This document shows, piece after piece, positions 1 to 11,013 of a stretch of 64,000 nt of DNA. The notes below the pieces were generated by a model. That model did not search any database, was not told the DNA's origin, and saw only the letters and a list, made by a program, of their open reading frames with translations. The stretch is from an uncultured virus (IMG/VR IMGVR_UViG_3300047552_001239). Taxonomy: Duplodnaviria; Heunggongvirae; Uroviricota; Caudoviricetes. Each line of letters starts with the position of its first letter. Within the stretch, counting starts at the first letter, position 1. The translations under genes were made by a program, and so were the position numbers. The DNA lies in the IMG/VR virus record IMGVR_UViG_3300047552_001239; one strand, 5' to 3'.

Positions 1-284
1 TCATAACCGACTAAATTAGAACCTTTATCTAATAAATTAGATCCAAGATTATTTATAAAATTACTTAATTCTGAAAAATCCGAAAATATACGTATAACAT
101 AATTACCAGATACATCTAATATTGAATATTTAAAATTTTTTTCTGTTATATTATACCAGATTCGACCAGCACTTTCTATTATTACTGGATCGGTTTCCAA
201 ATTTTCAATTTGACAATTACGTATATAAGATCCTTCAACTAATTCTATACCATTAAATAGGATATATTGATTTACATCTGGCAT
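1..284 (-). CDS. Partial (3'-truncated) putative virion structural protein, absent from the ORF track
   Basis: Hand translation from ATG at 284 (MPDVNQYILFNGIELVEGSYIRNCQIENLETDPVIIESAGRIWYNITEKKFKY...) stays open to the window edge. AGGGGT lies upstream. Resembles the N-terminus of 20608..23973. Confidence 0.75.
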   Translation of the reverse strand, partial: MPDVNQYILFNGIELVEGSYIRNCQIENLETDPVIIESAGRIWYNITEKNFKYSILDVSGNYVIRIFSDFSELSNFINNLGSNLLDKGSNLVGY

Positions 285-296
285 TTTAACCCCTAA

Positions 297-1064
297 TTAG
301 AAAAATTGAATATCAACATATCCACTAGTGGGTTTCGAAAATATTATCCGAATATTATTATTATCTAAAATTTCAAAAGGACTAATAATTTGTCTATTAG
401 TTTCAAATTCAAATATAGTTAATGAAATTTTATCTGTATTAAATCCATGAGATATTACCCATGTATCATTACTTTCTAAAAATTCATATCTACAAACATG
501 TGGAATTCTTAATGAAGAAGAGACGCTAGATGAAATACCACATATTAAAGCTGGAGTTATACTATTTAATAATTCAGTTGTAATATTTGTTAATATATTT
601 TGTGTAATATTCAATACTACATCTTGATGTAATATTTGAATAGTTGCGGTATTAATAATTTCTGTAGATAATTTAGATATAGCTTCGGATACATATTTTT
701 TTAATGATTTTGCATTAACTACTATTCGTTCTTGATTAGCTGGTAAATCATTCAATTCGATATCAGGAAAATAGTTTGCAGATGTGAATGTATTTGATTG
801 TTCTAATCCTGCTTTTTTAGATAATGCATCATTAACGGCTTTTGAACTAGGAATTTTATCAATTAATCCATCTTGAATCTCTTGGATTATATAATTTAAA
901 ACATTATTTTGAAATTTTATTATTTCAATTATATCGACTCCACCTTTATTTAAATCGGATGGACCAATAAATAAAGTACCTGAAGAATAAGAATATCCTA
1001 ATTCTCCAGGTGCTAATGGAGCAACAGTAGGGTTATCTAGCTCATATTTTACTTTAACAGTCAT
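297..1064 (-). CDS. Putative tail-fibre-associated structural protein
   Basis: N-terminal LAPGELGY..GTLFIG fibre-type motif. C-terminal WVISHGFNT domain is similar to the C-termini of 20608..23973 and 23988..24491. Confidence 0.55.
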   Translation of the reverse strand: MTVKVKYELDNPTVAPLAPGELGYSYSSGTLFIGPSDLNKGGVDIIEIIKFQNNVLNYIIQEIQDGLIDKIPSSKAVNDALSKKAGLEQSNTFTSANYFPDIELNDLPANQERIVVNAKSLKKYVSEAISKLSTEIINTATIQILHQDVVLNITQNILTNITTELLNSITPALICGISSSVSSSLRIPHVCRYEFLESNDTWVISHGFNTDKISLTIFEFETNRQIISPFEILDNNNIRIIFSKPTSGYVDIQFF

Positions 1065-3202
1065 TATAATTCATAATGGGCGAAATAATATTTATTATTT
1101 CCTAACATTTCTACCCGAATAGTCACATATGGATCTGCAACATAATTATTTACTACAAGTAAAACTCCTCTACTAGAATAACTTTCAACTCGAGTTAATC
1201 TATGAGAATCAGAACCCCATGTTTTTGCAAAATATCCACCATCTTTAATCGGGACTTCTGTCCAAGTATTTGGGACAGCATAATTATCGGTCGAATTAAC
1301 CACTGACATTGTAAACTCATTGGCAGAATCTAATGATGCTGGTGTATTAACTCCGCAAAAATCTCTTTCAAAATTAACTTTATCGGTTACAAGATCAAAT
1401 TGTAAATCTATGGGATGATTCTGACTTACAACCCAAGCTGGAAGATAATGAGAAGAACCTTTAACTTTAACTTTTAGTTGATATTTTTTATCTGCAACTT
1501 TTCGTATATAAATATTTGATATTTGATATTTTGCATAAGTGGGATTCAATCCACTTTCAATTACCGATATTCTTATACCGGTAATTGGATCATATGCCGG
1601 ATTTACTCCAGTAGCTCCAAAAAATTTACCAATCTCTGTAGTTACTCCCATCAATGGCTCTGGGAATTCATAAAAAAAAGACGCCGGATTAGGTCCATGT
1701 GGATCAAATGCAACAACAAATTCTCTTTTAAATGATTTAATTACAGTAGGAGGTGGACCTGCCGGACCTGCTCTGCCAACTGGACCTTGAGGACCTGCTG
1801 GACCAGGTGCGCCATTAGCTCCATTAATACCTTTAGGACCTTGTGCACCGGGTGGACCAGGTAAACCAGGTAATCCCTGAGGACCTTTAGCTCCAGTTTC
1901 ACCTTTTAGTCCTTGTTCTCCTTTATCACCTTTAGCTCCAGGTAAACCCTGTATACCTTGAGCGCCTTGTGGACCAATTGGACCACGAGGACCTTGAGCG
2001 CCTTGTGGACCAGCTTGACCTTGTGGACCAGGTGCGCCTTCTACTCCTCTTTGACCTTGTGGACCAGGAGGACCTACAATAATAATAGGAGGTTCTGGAT
2101 GTTTAATATAATCCAACCTTGATGCTTCAAAATTTGTAGCAATATTACCAGCTTCCAATTGAACTCCTGTAATATAATGAGTCCCAATAATCTGTGGTAA
2201 ACAAATTACTACAACAATAGTATCATCTAAATCTTCACCAATTTTTAATTGCTGATATGAAGCACTAGATTGACCTGTATATTTAATTAATTCTTGAGAA
2301 GGAATATCAAAAGTATAAGTAAATCTTGTCCACATTGTATTACATGGTAAACATTTACCACGTAATTGAAAATGGTAAGGATCGGCGATTACCTTCTTTT
2401 TAGTTTGGCCTAAAAATATATTAGGAACACACATTATATAATCAGGGTCACCGGTATAAGTTGATTTATACCAAAAAGATACGGTTACTTTTTTACCTAA
2501 TAATGTAGTTAATGTTCCAGCTACGGTGGTAAAAGCCAATTCATTTAATGGAAAATAATCAGAACCAGCCGCTTTATTAATAACAGAATAATCAAATCTT
2601 AATCTATATGTCGGATTTATTGAAAGTTCTGTTATAGAATCAGATAATGGCCAAGCATCAGTTCCAAATTTTTCTTTAAATATTGTAGCTTTAAGTAAAT
2701 TTGGACCAAATAAAGTTTTATTATACGCAAAATTAAATTTTACTTGTTCTGCAATATTAACTGTTCTATAACTAACAGTTTGAATAAATCCATTAGTAAT
2801 AGCCTCTATTTCACTAGTCGCTGGGACTTTAATAGTAGATGCTGAAGGTTTTGCTATTACTGTAAAAGTATCGATAAAATTTTTATTTGAATCATATAAA
2901 TTGATAAAATCATCAATATCTATGTTAGTAAATTGATTTGGTGCTACTGCGGTAATTGTAAGTTCTATATAATTGTCCATATCAAGCTCAAGAGCTTCTT
3001 GAGTGATAGCTGGACAACTAACCGTATAAATATTATCATCTAAACCAGACCACTTTATAGTAGGTGCATCTGTCGAAAAATTATTTTGATTCGATCCAGC
3101 TGATGTTGGACCATCTCGAAAATCCCCATTAATAATATAATTTTTAAGTCCGGATTTATCCGTTAAATCTAAATTGTTTAAACTTCTTGCATAAGTCGTC
3201 AT
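1064..3202 (-). CDS. Collagen-like (Gly-X-Y) fibre protein
   Basis: Long continuous Gly-X-Y tract. N-terminal KNYIINGDF...[13 protein letters not shown] domain typical of phage fibres. Confidence 0.8.
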   Translation of the reverse strand: MTTYARSLNNLDLTDKSGLKNYIINGDFRDGPTSAGSNQNNFSTDAPTIKWSGLDDNIYTVSCPAITQEALELDMDNYIELTITAVAPNQFTNIDIDDFINLYDSNKNFIDTFTVIAKPSASTIKVPATSEIEAITNGFIQTVSYRTVNIAEQVKFNFAYNKTLFGPNLLKATIFKEKFGTDAWPLSDSITELSINPTYRLRFDYSVINKAAGSDYFPLNELAFTTVAGTLTTLLGKKVTVSFWYKSTYTGDPDYIMCVPNIFLGQTKKKVIADPYHFQLRGKCLPCNTMWTRFTYTFDIPSQELIKYTGQSSASYQQLKIGEDLDDTIVVVICLPQIIGTHYITGVQLEAGNIATNFEASRLDYIKHPEPPIIIVGPPGPQGQRGVEGAPGPQGQAGPQGAQGPRGPIGPQGAQGIQGLPGAKGDKGEQGLKGETGAKGPQGLPGLPGPPGAQGPKGINGANGAPGPAGPQGPVGRAGPAGPPPTVIKSFKREFVVAFDPHGPNPASFFYEFPEPLMGVTTEIGKFFGATGVNPAYDPITGIRISVIESGLNPTYAKYQISNIYIRKVADKKYQLKVKVKGSSHYLPAWVVSQNHPIDLQFDLVTDKVNFERDFCGVNTPASLDSANEFTMSVVNSTDNYAVPNTWTEVPIKDGGYFAKTWGSDSHRLTRVESYSSRGVLLVVNNYVADPYVTIRVEMLGNNKYYFAHYEL
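1750..2075 (-). repeat. Gly-X-Y collagen-coding tract
   Basis: GPQ/GAQ/GPP triplets with locally high GC. Confidence 0.9.
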
Positions 3203-3249
3203 AAACTTACCTATAAAAAAATGTATAAAAATATTTTTTATATAAAATA

Positions 3250-4167
3250 TTATATCTCTATCTTCTTTGTTATCATATCAAATAATCCTTCTTCCAAAGT
3301 TGTTATTTTATCTGGAAGAACTCCACATAATCTTGCTTTCCGAATATTTGCTAAAGTATATAATTGATAATTATTTTTAATATTTTCAGGAATTTTAATA
3401 TATGTTACATCTAGCTTTAATATATTTACTATATCGTTAAATGTTCTAGATATTCCACTACCTATATTAAATATTCCAGATAGATCATTAATTTGTATGG
3501 CATTAACAATAGATTGAACTACATCATTTATATAAATAAAATCTCTCTGTTGTTCTCCATTTTCAAATAGTGATGTTAATTTTTTAGTAACTAATTGAAA
3601 AGGGACAGATGCCATTTTTCCTTTATGAAATTCATTTATTCCATACACATTAAAGAATCTTAATCCAATTATTTTCGAACAAAATACATCCAAATAAGAC
3701 ATTATATATTTATCAAAAAGCATTTTAGATTCTGCATACCAATTAATAGGATTTTGTAATTTATCCATTTCACAAAATGAAGCAGAATTACCATATACAC
3801 TAGCAGATGAAGCATATATAAACTTTATTTTTTTATTAATACAAAAATCTAATAATGTTTTACTGTATTCGAAATTATTTCTATATAAATAATTTCGATT
3901 TTGCTCCATTGTATTCGAACAAGCTCCAAGATGAATTATAGATTCAATATTATTTGTATTCTTTAAATTATATAAATATTTAAAAAAATTATCTTTATGA
4001 ATATAAAAATTTATAGTATTACAATTTTTTATCTTATCAATATTAGAATCTAAATTATCAACAATAAGTATATCATATATTTCATCGAAATATAAATTTA
4101 AATAATTAACAAGATGGGACCCTATAAATCCAAGACCACCTGTTACAATAATAGTTGGTTTAGACAT
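3250..4167 (-). CDS. hldD: ADP-L-glycero-D-manno-heptose 6-epimerase-like NAD-dependent epimerase
   Basis: TGGLGFIG Rossmann motif, [17 protein letters not shown], YxxxK (YAESK), [19 protein letters not shown] and YQ.YT.A motifs characteristic of HldD/RfaD. Confidence 0.8.
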   Translation of the reverse strand: MSKPTIIVTGGLGFIGSHLVNYLNLYFDEIYDILIVDNLDSNIDKIKNCNTINFYIHKDNFFKYLYNLKNTNNIESIIHLGACSNTMEQNRNYLYRNNFEYSKTLLDFCINKKIKFIYASSASVYGNSASFCEMDKLQNPINWYAESKMLFDKYIMSYLDVFCSKIIGLRFFNVYGINEFHKGKMASVPFQLVTKKLTSLFENGEQQRDFIYINDVVQSIVNAIQINDLSGIFNIGSGISRTFNDIVNILKLDVTYIKIPENIKNNYQLYTLANIRKARLCGVLPDKITTLEEGLFDMITKKIEI

Positions 4168-5486
4168 TCTTTGAGTTTAGTTAATGGTTGTTTCCAACTT
4201 CTAGTTTCAGTTTGTCTAAATACTTTTACATTATCTCCATACCAAGGTGACTGTTCCATACTATGACACCAAGTATAGTAAGCTGAAATCGGAACTATAA
4301 TATATGTTGTTTTACCTAAAGCGGCAGCCACATGAGCAATAGAAGTGCAAGATGTAATAATTACATCTAGTTTATCAATTAATTCTATTGTATTCTCCCA
4401 ATTATTCATAGAATGTTCCATATTTATAATATTCGGGAAATCAGCTAATTCTTCTAATCCAACATCTCTTTGTAGACTATAAAAATTTGCTTTTAAATGA
4501 CTTACCGATTCATATATATTTCTTAATGGTATAGATCTATGTAAATCTTGATCATATTCTGGATTTCCTTGCCATCTAATTCCTATTTTTGGATATGTCT
4601 GATCTTCTATCCATTGAAATTGATCTGTATTTTTCGCTGTTAAATATGGCCCATACCATAAATCTTTATATTGTAAATTAAGATAAATTGGTAGGCACAT
4701 TGGAAAAGTCCATAATATATCTTTTATATTTTTTAATTCATTAAGACTTGTTATAGTATTAAATCCATTTCTTTTAAATACTTCAGCTAAATCTATTCTA
4801 TCAGTATGCCATATTGGAATCATACCTAATTTTTCAAGATGTTTCATAAATCTAATATTTATTACTTCATCTCCAATTCCAGCTTCAGCATGTAATACTA
4901 ATCTTTTTCCAGGTTGTATTCCACCTTCCCAAAATTTATAGGGTAATTCATCTAATTGCCAAAAATCTAATTTCTTACCTTCTAATAAAAATAATCTTAA
5001 TCCTTGTTGAAACTTATCTTTATACATATAATAAGTTCCAAGATTAAATTTTATTTTTGTCCTTTCTTCTTCTGTTAAAGTTGGTTCATTATTTAATACA
5101 TAATGTAAGGTTGTTTCTGCTTTATCCCTTTGATTTAAAAGAAAATAAGAATATGATTTTTCTAATAATGAATGATTATTTTGTTTATTAGCAATTTCTT
5201 GCTGATTTAGATACAATAAAGCTAATTCTGGATAATTAGCATGATTATAAACATTAATTAAATTACTTCTTGCTATATGTAATTCTTCTGAAGTTTTAGC
5301 TATTGCAAATGCATATTCTGCATATTTTACAGCATGTCTATAATCTTTTAATTTAAAAAAACATTTAGCTATATCATCAATTTGTAAAAATGTATATGAA
5401 ATATCCCCTAAATTATCTAATAAATTAAGAGCTACTTTCTTTTTATTATTTTTTGATAGATATTCTGTTAATTTTTCAAGATGCAT
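4143..5486 (-). CDS. TPR-repeat glycosyltransferase (GT9-like C-terminal domain)
   Basis: Helical TPR-like N-half, then EAGIGD, IGIRWQGNP, RSIPL, LDVIITSCTSIAHVAAALGK and SPWY motifs. Confidence 0.75.
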   Translation of the reverse strand: MHLEKLTEYLSKNNKKKVALNLLDNLGDISYTFLQIDDIAKCFFKLKDYRHAVKYAEYAFAIAKTSEELHIARSNLINVYNHANYPELALLYLNQQEIANKQNNHSLLEKSYSYFLLNQRDKAETTLHYVLNNEPTLTEEERTKIKFNLGTYYMYKDKFQQGLRLFLLEGKKLDFWQLDELPYKFWEGGIQPGKRLVLHAEAGIGDEVINIRFMKHLEKLGMIPIWHTDRIDLAEVFKRNGFNTITSLNELKNIKDILWTFPMCLPIYLNLQYKDLWYGPYLTAKNTDQFQWIEDQTYPKIGIRWQGNPEYDQDLHRSIPLRNIYESVSHLKANFYSLQRDVGLEELADFPNIINMEHSMNNWENTIELIDKLDVIITSCTSIAHVAAALGKTTYIIVPISAYYTWCHSMEQSPWYGDNVKVFRQTETRSWKQPLTKLKECLNQLLL

Positions 5487-5487
5487 A

Positions 5488-6024
5488 TTATTTTATAACC
5501 ATCATTTTAATATAAGTTTCATCATATATATTATTAAAATTTCTGGATATTTCTATAATTTGTTCTATAGATAAAGTTTTAAATCTTTCATCCCATTCAG
5601 GTGATGGTTTTTGACTAAAATCAATTAACTCAAAATCAACATCTAAATTAATGTTTACATTATTCTTAAATTTTTCTTTATTTAATTCAATATATTTTTT
5701 ACTAAATACTCTTAAATTATCAACTGTTATAAATCTAACATGGGATGGATCACTATACCAGATATCACTTCTATAATGTATTGCTTGAATATCTATAATT
5801 GCTTCATTCTTACAAACTCTATATATTTCTTTAATTAAAGATAAATAACCATTTCCTATATATTCGAATATATGTCTTGCCCTTACTTCTTCAACTGTAT
5901 TATCTTCAAAGGGTAATTTATCATTTTCAATATCAATAACATAATCTGGATTAGTATTTGAATCTTTATCAATATTTATAAAACTTACATCTTTCCTATA
6001 TCCAGAACCAAGATTTATTTTCAT
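5488..6024 (-). CDS. Class I SAM-dependent methyltransferase-like protein
   Basis: INLGSG, INIDK, LPFEDNTVEEV, EIYRVCK and DPSHVR motifs. Confidence 0.75.
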   Translation of the reverse strand: MKINLGSGYRKDVSFINIDKDSNTNPDYVIDIENDKLPFEDNTVEEVRARHIFEYIGNGYLSLIKEIYRVCKNEAIIDIQAIHYRSDIWYSDPSHVRFITVDNLRVFSKKYIELNKEKFKNNVNINLDVDFELIDFSQKPSPEWDERFKTLSIEQIIEISRNFNNIYDETYIKMMVIK

Positions 6025-8795
6025 AACTTATGATATCCAATTTCAGTTTGAGAAATTATGTCTAAGAAAATATTAAACTCTATAGTTGATGTTGCGAATA
6101 TGCGAATTTTTTCATTCTTACTATTTTCAAATTCTCTGACATTAATTTGTTTATTTTTTAACGGCACTTTATTAACATACAAACTACTATATACATCTTG
6201 AATAAATGGGAAGCATTTTTTTAGAATCCACAAATCTTTAGATGGGATGAATATATTTTCCCAAAAATAAAATATGTTATCTAGCTTTTCGAGATTACCT
6301 GATTCTTTTAATTTAGTGCATAATAAACCAAAATAATAATATTGAGCTATTGGTCTATTAGGAAATGTATTATAATTTTTAATTATTAAATCTAAATATT
6401 TATTTGTAATACGTTCATTACGCTGATATTTATTAATTGTTCCATAATGGGCTATAAAACTAATATCCTGAAATAATCCTTTCTTTATCCAATCATTATT
6501 TTCAAAACATGGATATTCATGAACTACTCCAGTAAATTCTATTCCTTGATTTTTAAATAATCGATCATGATGAGTATCATCAAATTCATTAAAAGAATCT
6601 CCGATCGCAATACAAGATCTTTGTTTTATTAAAATACTATCGTAATAACCAGAAGTTATAAAATCAACCAATTGAGTTGGATGAATCAATTCTTCATCTG
6701 CATCTATCCATAAAATATAATCACTAGTACATTTTGATAAGCTATAATTTCTAGCTCTAGCAAAATTACCTAATCCATCTTCTTCTTCCCATTTTAAATC
6801 ATATATTTTATTTGTAAATCTAGAAGCTATTTCTTTTGTCGTATCTGTTGAACCAGTATCTACGATTATAATTTCATCTGAAATATCTTTAATAGATTTT
6901 AAACATCTCGATAAATTATCTTCTTCATTTTTTACAATTAAACTGGCAGATATTGTCTTATATGGTCTTGTTTTAATAAACTTATTTACGTAATTAGGTT
7001 TATAAAATTTCGGAATATTATTCGGCTCTACCACAAATGAATAAATCCAATGGGAACAATATTCACCTTTACGACCATAAGTATTTGTTATATTTTTAAC
7101 GATATTTAACTCAACATCTTTAAAAATTTCTTTTATATCATTTAATTCGAAATGATGAACATGATGTTTTAATGGATTATCCTTTATCATTGCTTCCCAT
7201 GGTCCAAATGGAGTAGTAAATACAAATAATGTTCTATTTCTAATAATAGACATTATATCATTTAAAAATCCAGTTGTATCTTCAATATGTTCTAAAATCT
7301 CTCCTAATATAATAACATTAACATCTAAATAATTATGTTTATATATATTTAAAACATTATCATTTATAATATTAATATTTGGAAGATTAGATTTTAAATC
7401 ATTTAGAGCATTATTATTAGAATCTATAGCATATAATTTATCAATATAAATATCAAGTTGTTTTGCAATATTCCTTATAATAATCCCATCATTACATCCC
7501 AATTCAAGAATATTTAAATCATAATTTAAACAAGCAATATCTTTTTTAATTAAATCAATAAGTCCTTGAACTCTTGAATTATTAACTCCACCACTCGGAA
7601 TATATTCCGTTTCATATATATTACAATATTCTGCAAAATTAACTAATTTATAATATTTATCATTTAAAGGTTCTAATATTTTCAATGCTACTAAATCCGA
7701 ATTATATTCTAATCTTTTATAAATAGATTCTTTATTTTGAATAGATCTAGTAATAAAAACAGAATCAATTAAATTATTCCATTCTTTTGCTATTCCTTTC
7801 CAACTATATTTCTTTTCAATAGATTTTTTTGCAAATTCTATTTCTTGATCATATATTTGATCTTTATAGTTAGTTAATAATTCTAAAAATTCTTGTTCGT
7901 AAGTATTAGATATTTTAATTTTTGTATTACTTTTTACTGTTTCAGATAAAGCAAAATCATCCGTAGTAATAACTAAACATCCATTAGCTTGAGCTTCTAT
8001 TGCATTGATACATGATATCTCTGGAAAATCCGTAGGATATATCATATATTTACATTTATTAAGTAATTTATAAAATCCAGCTTTTAATAAATTACCATGA
8101 TTTATAATTCCTTTAGATTTAGCTAATACTTTATTTATTTCTTGATAAAGTTCAAATACTGGATGATCTTTAGGAATATTAGTATTTAAATATCCACATA
8201 AATGTAAAGTCGAATTAGGTTCTTTTTCTAAAATCTTTGGCCAAATATCTTTTAATAATTTGAGTAATCCACGTTCCGGTCTAGAAGCATAGATATAATC
8301 ATTTTGTTTATCTTTATATAATATAGGTTCTTGAACTAAATTAGAATCATATCCATTTGTAGTTAAATAAAATATAGTATCATCTATTAAATATTTTTCT
8401 TGATATAATTTCTTTTGGAATTCAGATAAACAAAATATTTTATCTATTTTACTTAATGATAACTCTATTTCTTCAACATCAATATCATGAACCCATAATA
8501 TATTTAATTTAGAATCGATATTTAAAGCTAAAAAACTTGTAAATCTGGATACTATACAAACATCCATTTGAGATTTATTATCTTTAGTAAAATCCTTATT
8601 ACTTCTATAATCTACATTATTATAAATACCAGGTTTATCACATTTACAATAAACAGTTACTTCATTATTATCAATTTTGGATAATTCATTAGCAATATAA
8701 ATAACGGCAGATTCAGAGCCACCTAACGATTTTTCATTTAGTGAGTTGCCGTTAAATTCAAGTCCATCAGTAACAATAGAAATTGTTTTTTTCAC
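6021..8795 (-). CDS. Multidomain GT4 glycosyltransferase / methyltransferase / GT2 glycosyltransferase (GTG start)
   Basis: LGGSE, YASRPERGL and EISCINAIEAQANG (GT4); ILELGCNDG and EILEHIED (MTase); IVKNEE, DTGSTD, FARARN and WIDADE (GT2). Confidence 0.8.
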   Translation of the reverse strand: MKKTISIVTDGLEFNGNSLNEKSLGGSESAVIYIANELSKIDNNEVTVYCKCDKPGIYNNVDYRSNKDFTKDNKSQMDVCIVSRFTSFLALNIDSKLNILWVHDIDVEEIELSLSKIDKIFCLSEFQKKLYQEKYLIDDTIFYLTTNGYDSNLVQEPILYKDKQNDYIYASRPERGLLKLLKDIWPKILEKEPNSTLHLCGYLNTNIPKDHPVFELYQEINKVLAKSKGIINHGNLLKAGFYKLLNKCKYMIYPTDFPEISCINAIEAQANGCLVITTDDFALSETVKSNTKIKISNTYEQEFLELLTNYKDQIYDQEIEFAKKSIEKKYSWKGIAKEWNNLIDSVFITRSIQNKESIYKRLEYNSDLVALKILEPLNDKYYKLVNFAEYCNIYETEYIPSGGVNNSRVQGLIDLIKKDIACLNYDLNILELGCNDGIIIRNIAKQLDIYIDKLYAIDSNNNALNDLKSNLPNINIINDNVLNIYKHNYLDVNVIILGEILEHIEDTTGFLNDIMSIIRNRTLFVFTTPFGPWEAMIKDNPLKHHVHHFELNDIKEIFKDVELNIVKNITNTYGRKGEYCSHWIYSFVVEPNNIPKFYKPNYVNKFIKTRPYKTISASLIVKNEEDNLSRCLKSIKDISDEIIIVDTGSTDTTKEIASRFTNKIYDLKWEEEDGLGNFARARNYSLSKCTSDYILWIDADEELIHPTQLVDFITSGYYDSILIKQRSCIAIGDSFNEFDDTHHDRLFKNQGIEFTGVVHEYPCFENNDWIKKGLFQDISFIAHYGTINKYQRNERITNKYLDLIIKNYNTFPNRPIAQYYYFGLLCTKLKESGNLEKLDNIFYFWENIFIPSKDLWILKKCFPFIQDVYSSLYVNKVPLKNKQINVREFENSKNEKIRIFATSTIEFNIFLDIISQTEIGYHKL

Positions 8796-8797
8796 CT

Positions 8798-9154
8798 TTA
8801 CTCCAATTCAATTCCAAATTTATTAAATACCAAATTTTTAAAATCAAGAAAATGACCTTTTCGACAATCAAATTGCTTACATGATTTTGGCCTATCATTA
8901 TAAACAGTACATTTATTATCATTTAAATAATAACAACCCTTTTCGTTTCTAGGGATAGATATTACAGGAGTCCCAGGATCTGGAGATGTCATTAATGTAT
9001 AGACATATTTCGCGGTTATAAATTCATCAGGAGTGAGAATTGGAGATAATTTTATACAACATTCATGACAATCTCCACATGGAACAGAAGATTCTTCTTC
9101 TGGTCTATCTATTGCAACCGCTTGAATATTGAATTTTTTATAAATCATCTCCAA
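8798..9154 (-). CDS. YkgJ-family (CxxCxxCC) Fe-S/Zn cluster protein
   Basis: CGDCHECC and C.YL....C.VY.DRP.SC..FDC motifs. Confidence 0.8.
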   Translation of the reverse strand: MEMIYKKFNIQAVAIDRPEEESSVPCGDCHECCIKLSPILTPDEFITAKYVYTLMTSPDPGTPVISIPRNEKGCYYLNDNKCTVYNDRPKSCKQFDCRKGHFLDFKNLVFNKFGIELE

Positions 9155-9849
9155 ACCTCTAAATTACTAAATGCTTGGCGAATATCAGGAGGTAGAATCA
9201 TCGGCCGTTCGATAAATTCGACTTTTTTTCTAACACCTTCAAATATTACATTATTAAAATCATGCTCAAAATATGGCTCATCTATAAAGTTATATATTGA
9301 TTTTAATACTTGATCTGGAAATTTAGCTAAATAATCATATTCGATCAATATTAACTTGTTTCTATGATTACCCGTTATAGCTTCTTTTAATCCATCGTAT
9401 GAAAATCTAAGTATATGATTTGAACTCATTAATGAGTTACATCTTGTATATACAGTTTCAGATTCATTTCCATTATAAAATTGGGAAGAAATAAATGGAT
9501 TTTTTCTAAAAAGAACTTCAAATGAATCTAATATCCAAATTATATCTCTCACACAACAAATTACTTTTGAATCTGGAGATATTATATCTAATACATCCAA
9601 TAATAAAGTCCATATACTATTAGTATTAAAATAAATAGGGCTGTCTATATCATAATAATATGTATCAATTAATGATTTTAATATTATTATTTTTTTATCA
9701 TCAGGACATTCTTCATTAATAATTGCTTTCACTAATCTAGCAAGAGAAGATTCAGTATTAGAATAAAATCTTGGATTTTGATTAAGAATAGAAACCAAAA
9801 GAGTTGAACCAGATCGTGGTAAACCAGAAATAAAATGAATTGTTTTCAT
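9145..9849 (-). CDS. Sulfotransferase-family protein
   Basis: GLPRSGSTLL 5'-PSB motif, KVICCVRD....LDSF 3'-PB-like motif, FEHDF. Confidence 0.75.
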   Translation of the reverse strand: MKTIHFISGLPRSGSTLLVSILNQNPRFYSNTESSLARLVKAIINEECPDDKKIIILKSLIDTYYYDIDSPIYFNTNSIWTLLLDVLDIISPDSKVICCVRDIIWILDSFEVLFRKNPFISSQFYNGNESETVYTRCNSLMSSNHILRFSYDGLKEAITGNHRNKLILIEYDYLAKFPDQVLKSIYNFIDEPYFEHDFNNVIFEGVRKKVEFIERPMILPPDIRQAFSNLEVWR

Positions 9850-9853
9850 ATTA

Positions 9854-10996
9854 TTAAGTTATAGCTTTAAAAGCTGCACAATGTATTGTTCCCATTTCAA
9901 CAGTTATCCAATCTGTACCGGTACCTACTTGAACTGGAGATGATCTAGGTGCCGTGTTACCCAATCCTAATTCACCATATGCATTATATCCCCAAGTCCA
10001 TAAAGTTCCATTAGTTTTAATAGCTGCAGTATGTATATAATTACAACTAACTTGCTTCCAATCAGTTCCAGCTCCTATTTGAGTCATAGTACCTCTATTA
10101 CTTATATCGCCTAACCCTAATTGACCATGACCGTTATATCCACATCCCCATAATGTCCCATCAGTCTTAAGTGCCATCATATATGCATATGCACAGCAAA
10201 CTTGTTTCCAATTAGTATCTGTACCTACTTGAACTGGAGATGATACCCAACCAGCACTTATTTGACCAGAACTACTACTTCCCCAAACCCATAGAGTACC
10301 ATCAGTTTTAATGGCCGCTGTATTGACGTCTCCACAAGAAACTTGTTTCCAATTAGTACCTGTACCTACTTGAACCGGTGTAAGTTTGGTAGCAGTATGG
10401 CCTAACCCTAATTGACCATCGGCATTTCCACCCCACACCCACAATGTCCCATTCGTTTTAATAGCTGCAGAATGCAAAACGGCAGCAGATACTGATTTCC
10501 AATCAGAAGATGTACCTATTTGAATTTGAATAGATCTATGAGTTACATTATTAACGCCAAGCTGACCAAAAGAATTCCCTCCCCAACTCCATAATGTGTT
10601 ATCATCTCTAACTGCTAAAGCATGAGTATAACCAGCAGCTACTTGTTTCCAAGATGAAACTAACATATCGAAATATAATGTAATTGGAACATTACTTCTA
10701 GTAACAGATCCATCTCCTAATTGTCCATAATTATTAAGTCCCCAATTAAATACCATTGCACTATGTTGGACTGAAAACATAGTTGATACAGTAAATTGGT
10801 ATCCTACGGATAAATTTTTCCATAATCCAGAGGTAGGAACAAAAACTGGAATTGATCTATTAGTCCAATCACCAATTCCTAAACAACCATTACCATTATA
10901 TCCCCAAGTATACAATCCAGCTTGCTGTAACCGTCTTTTAGAAATTAATAAATCTGTAATATCAGAATCATTTACTTTAAAACCAGAATTAGGCAT
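9854..10996 (-). CDS. RCC1/BLIP-II repeat beta-propeller protein
   Basis: About seven WKQVS.G..HTAAIKT.GTLW.WG.N..GQLG repeats. Confidence 0.9.
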   Translation of the reverse strand: MPNSGFKVNDSDITDLLISKRRLQQAGLYTWGYNGNGCLGIGDWTNRSIPVFVPTSGLWKNLSVGYQFTVSTMFSVQHSAMVFNWGLNNYGQLGDGSVTRSNVPITLYFDMLVSSWKQVAAGYTHALAVRDDNTLWSWGGNSFGQLGVNNVTHRSIQIQIGTSSDWKSVSAAVLHSAAIKTNGTLWVWGGNADGQLGLGHTATKLTPVQVGTGTNWKQVSCGDVNTAAIKTDGTLWVWGSSSSGQISAGWVSSPVQVGTDTNWKQVCCAYAYMMALKTDGTLWGCGYNGHGQLGLGDISNRGTMTQIGAGTDWKQVSCNYIHTAAIKTNGTLWTWGYNAYGELGLGNTAPRSSPVQVGTGTDWITVEMGTIHCAAFKAIT

Positions 10997-11013
10997 TTTT
11001 TCATTGCCTCCAT

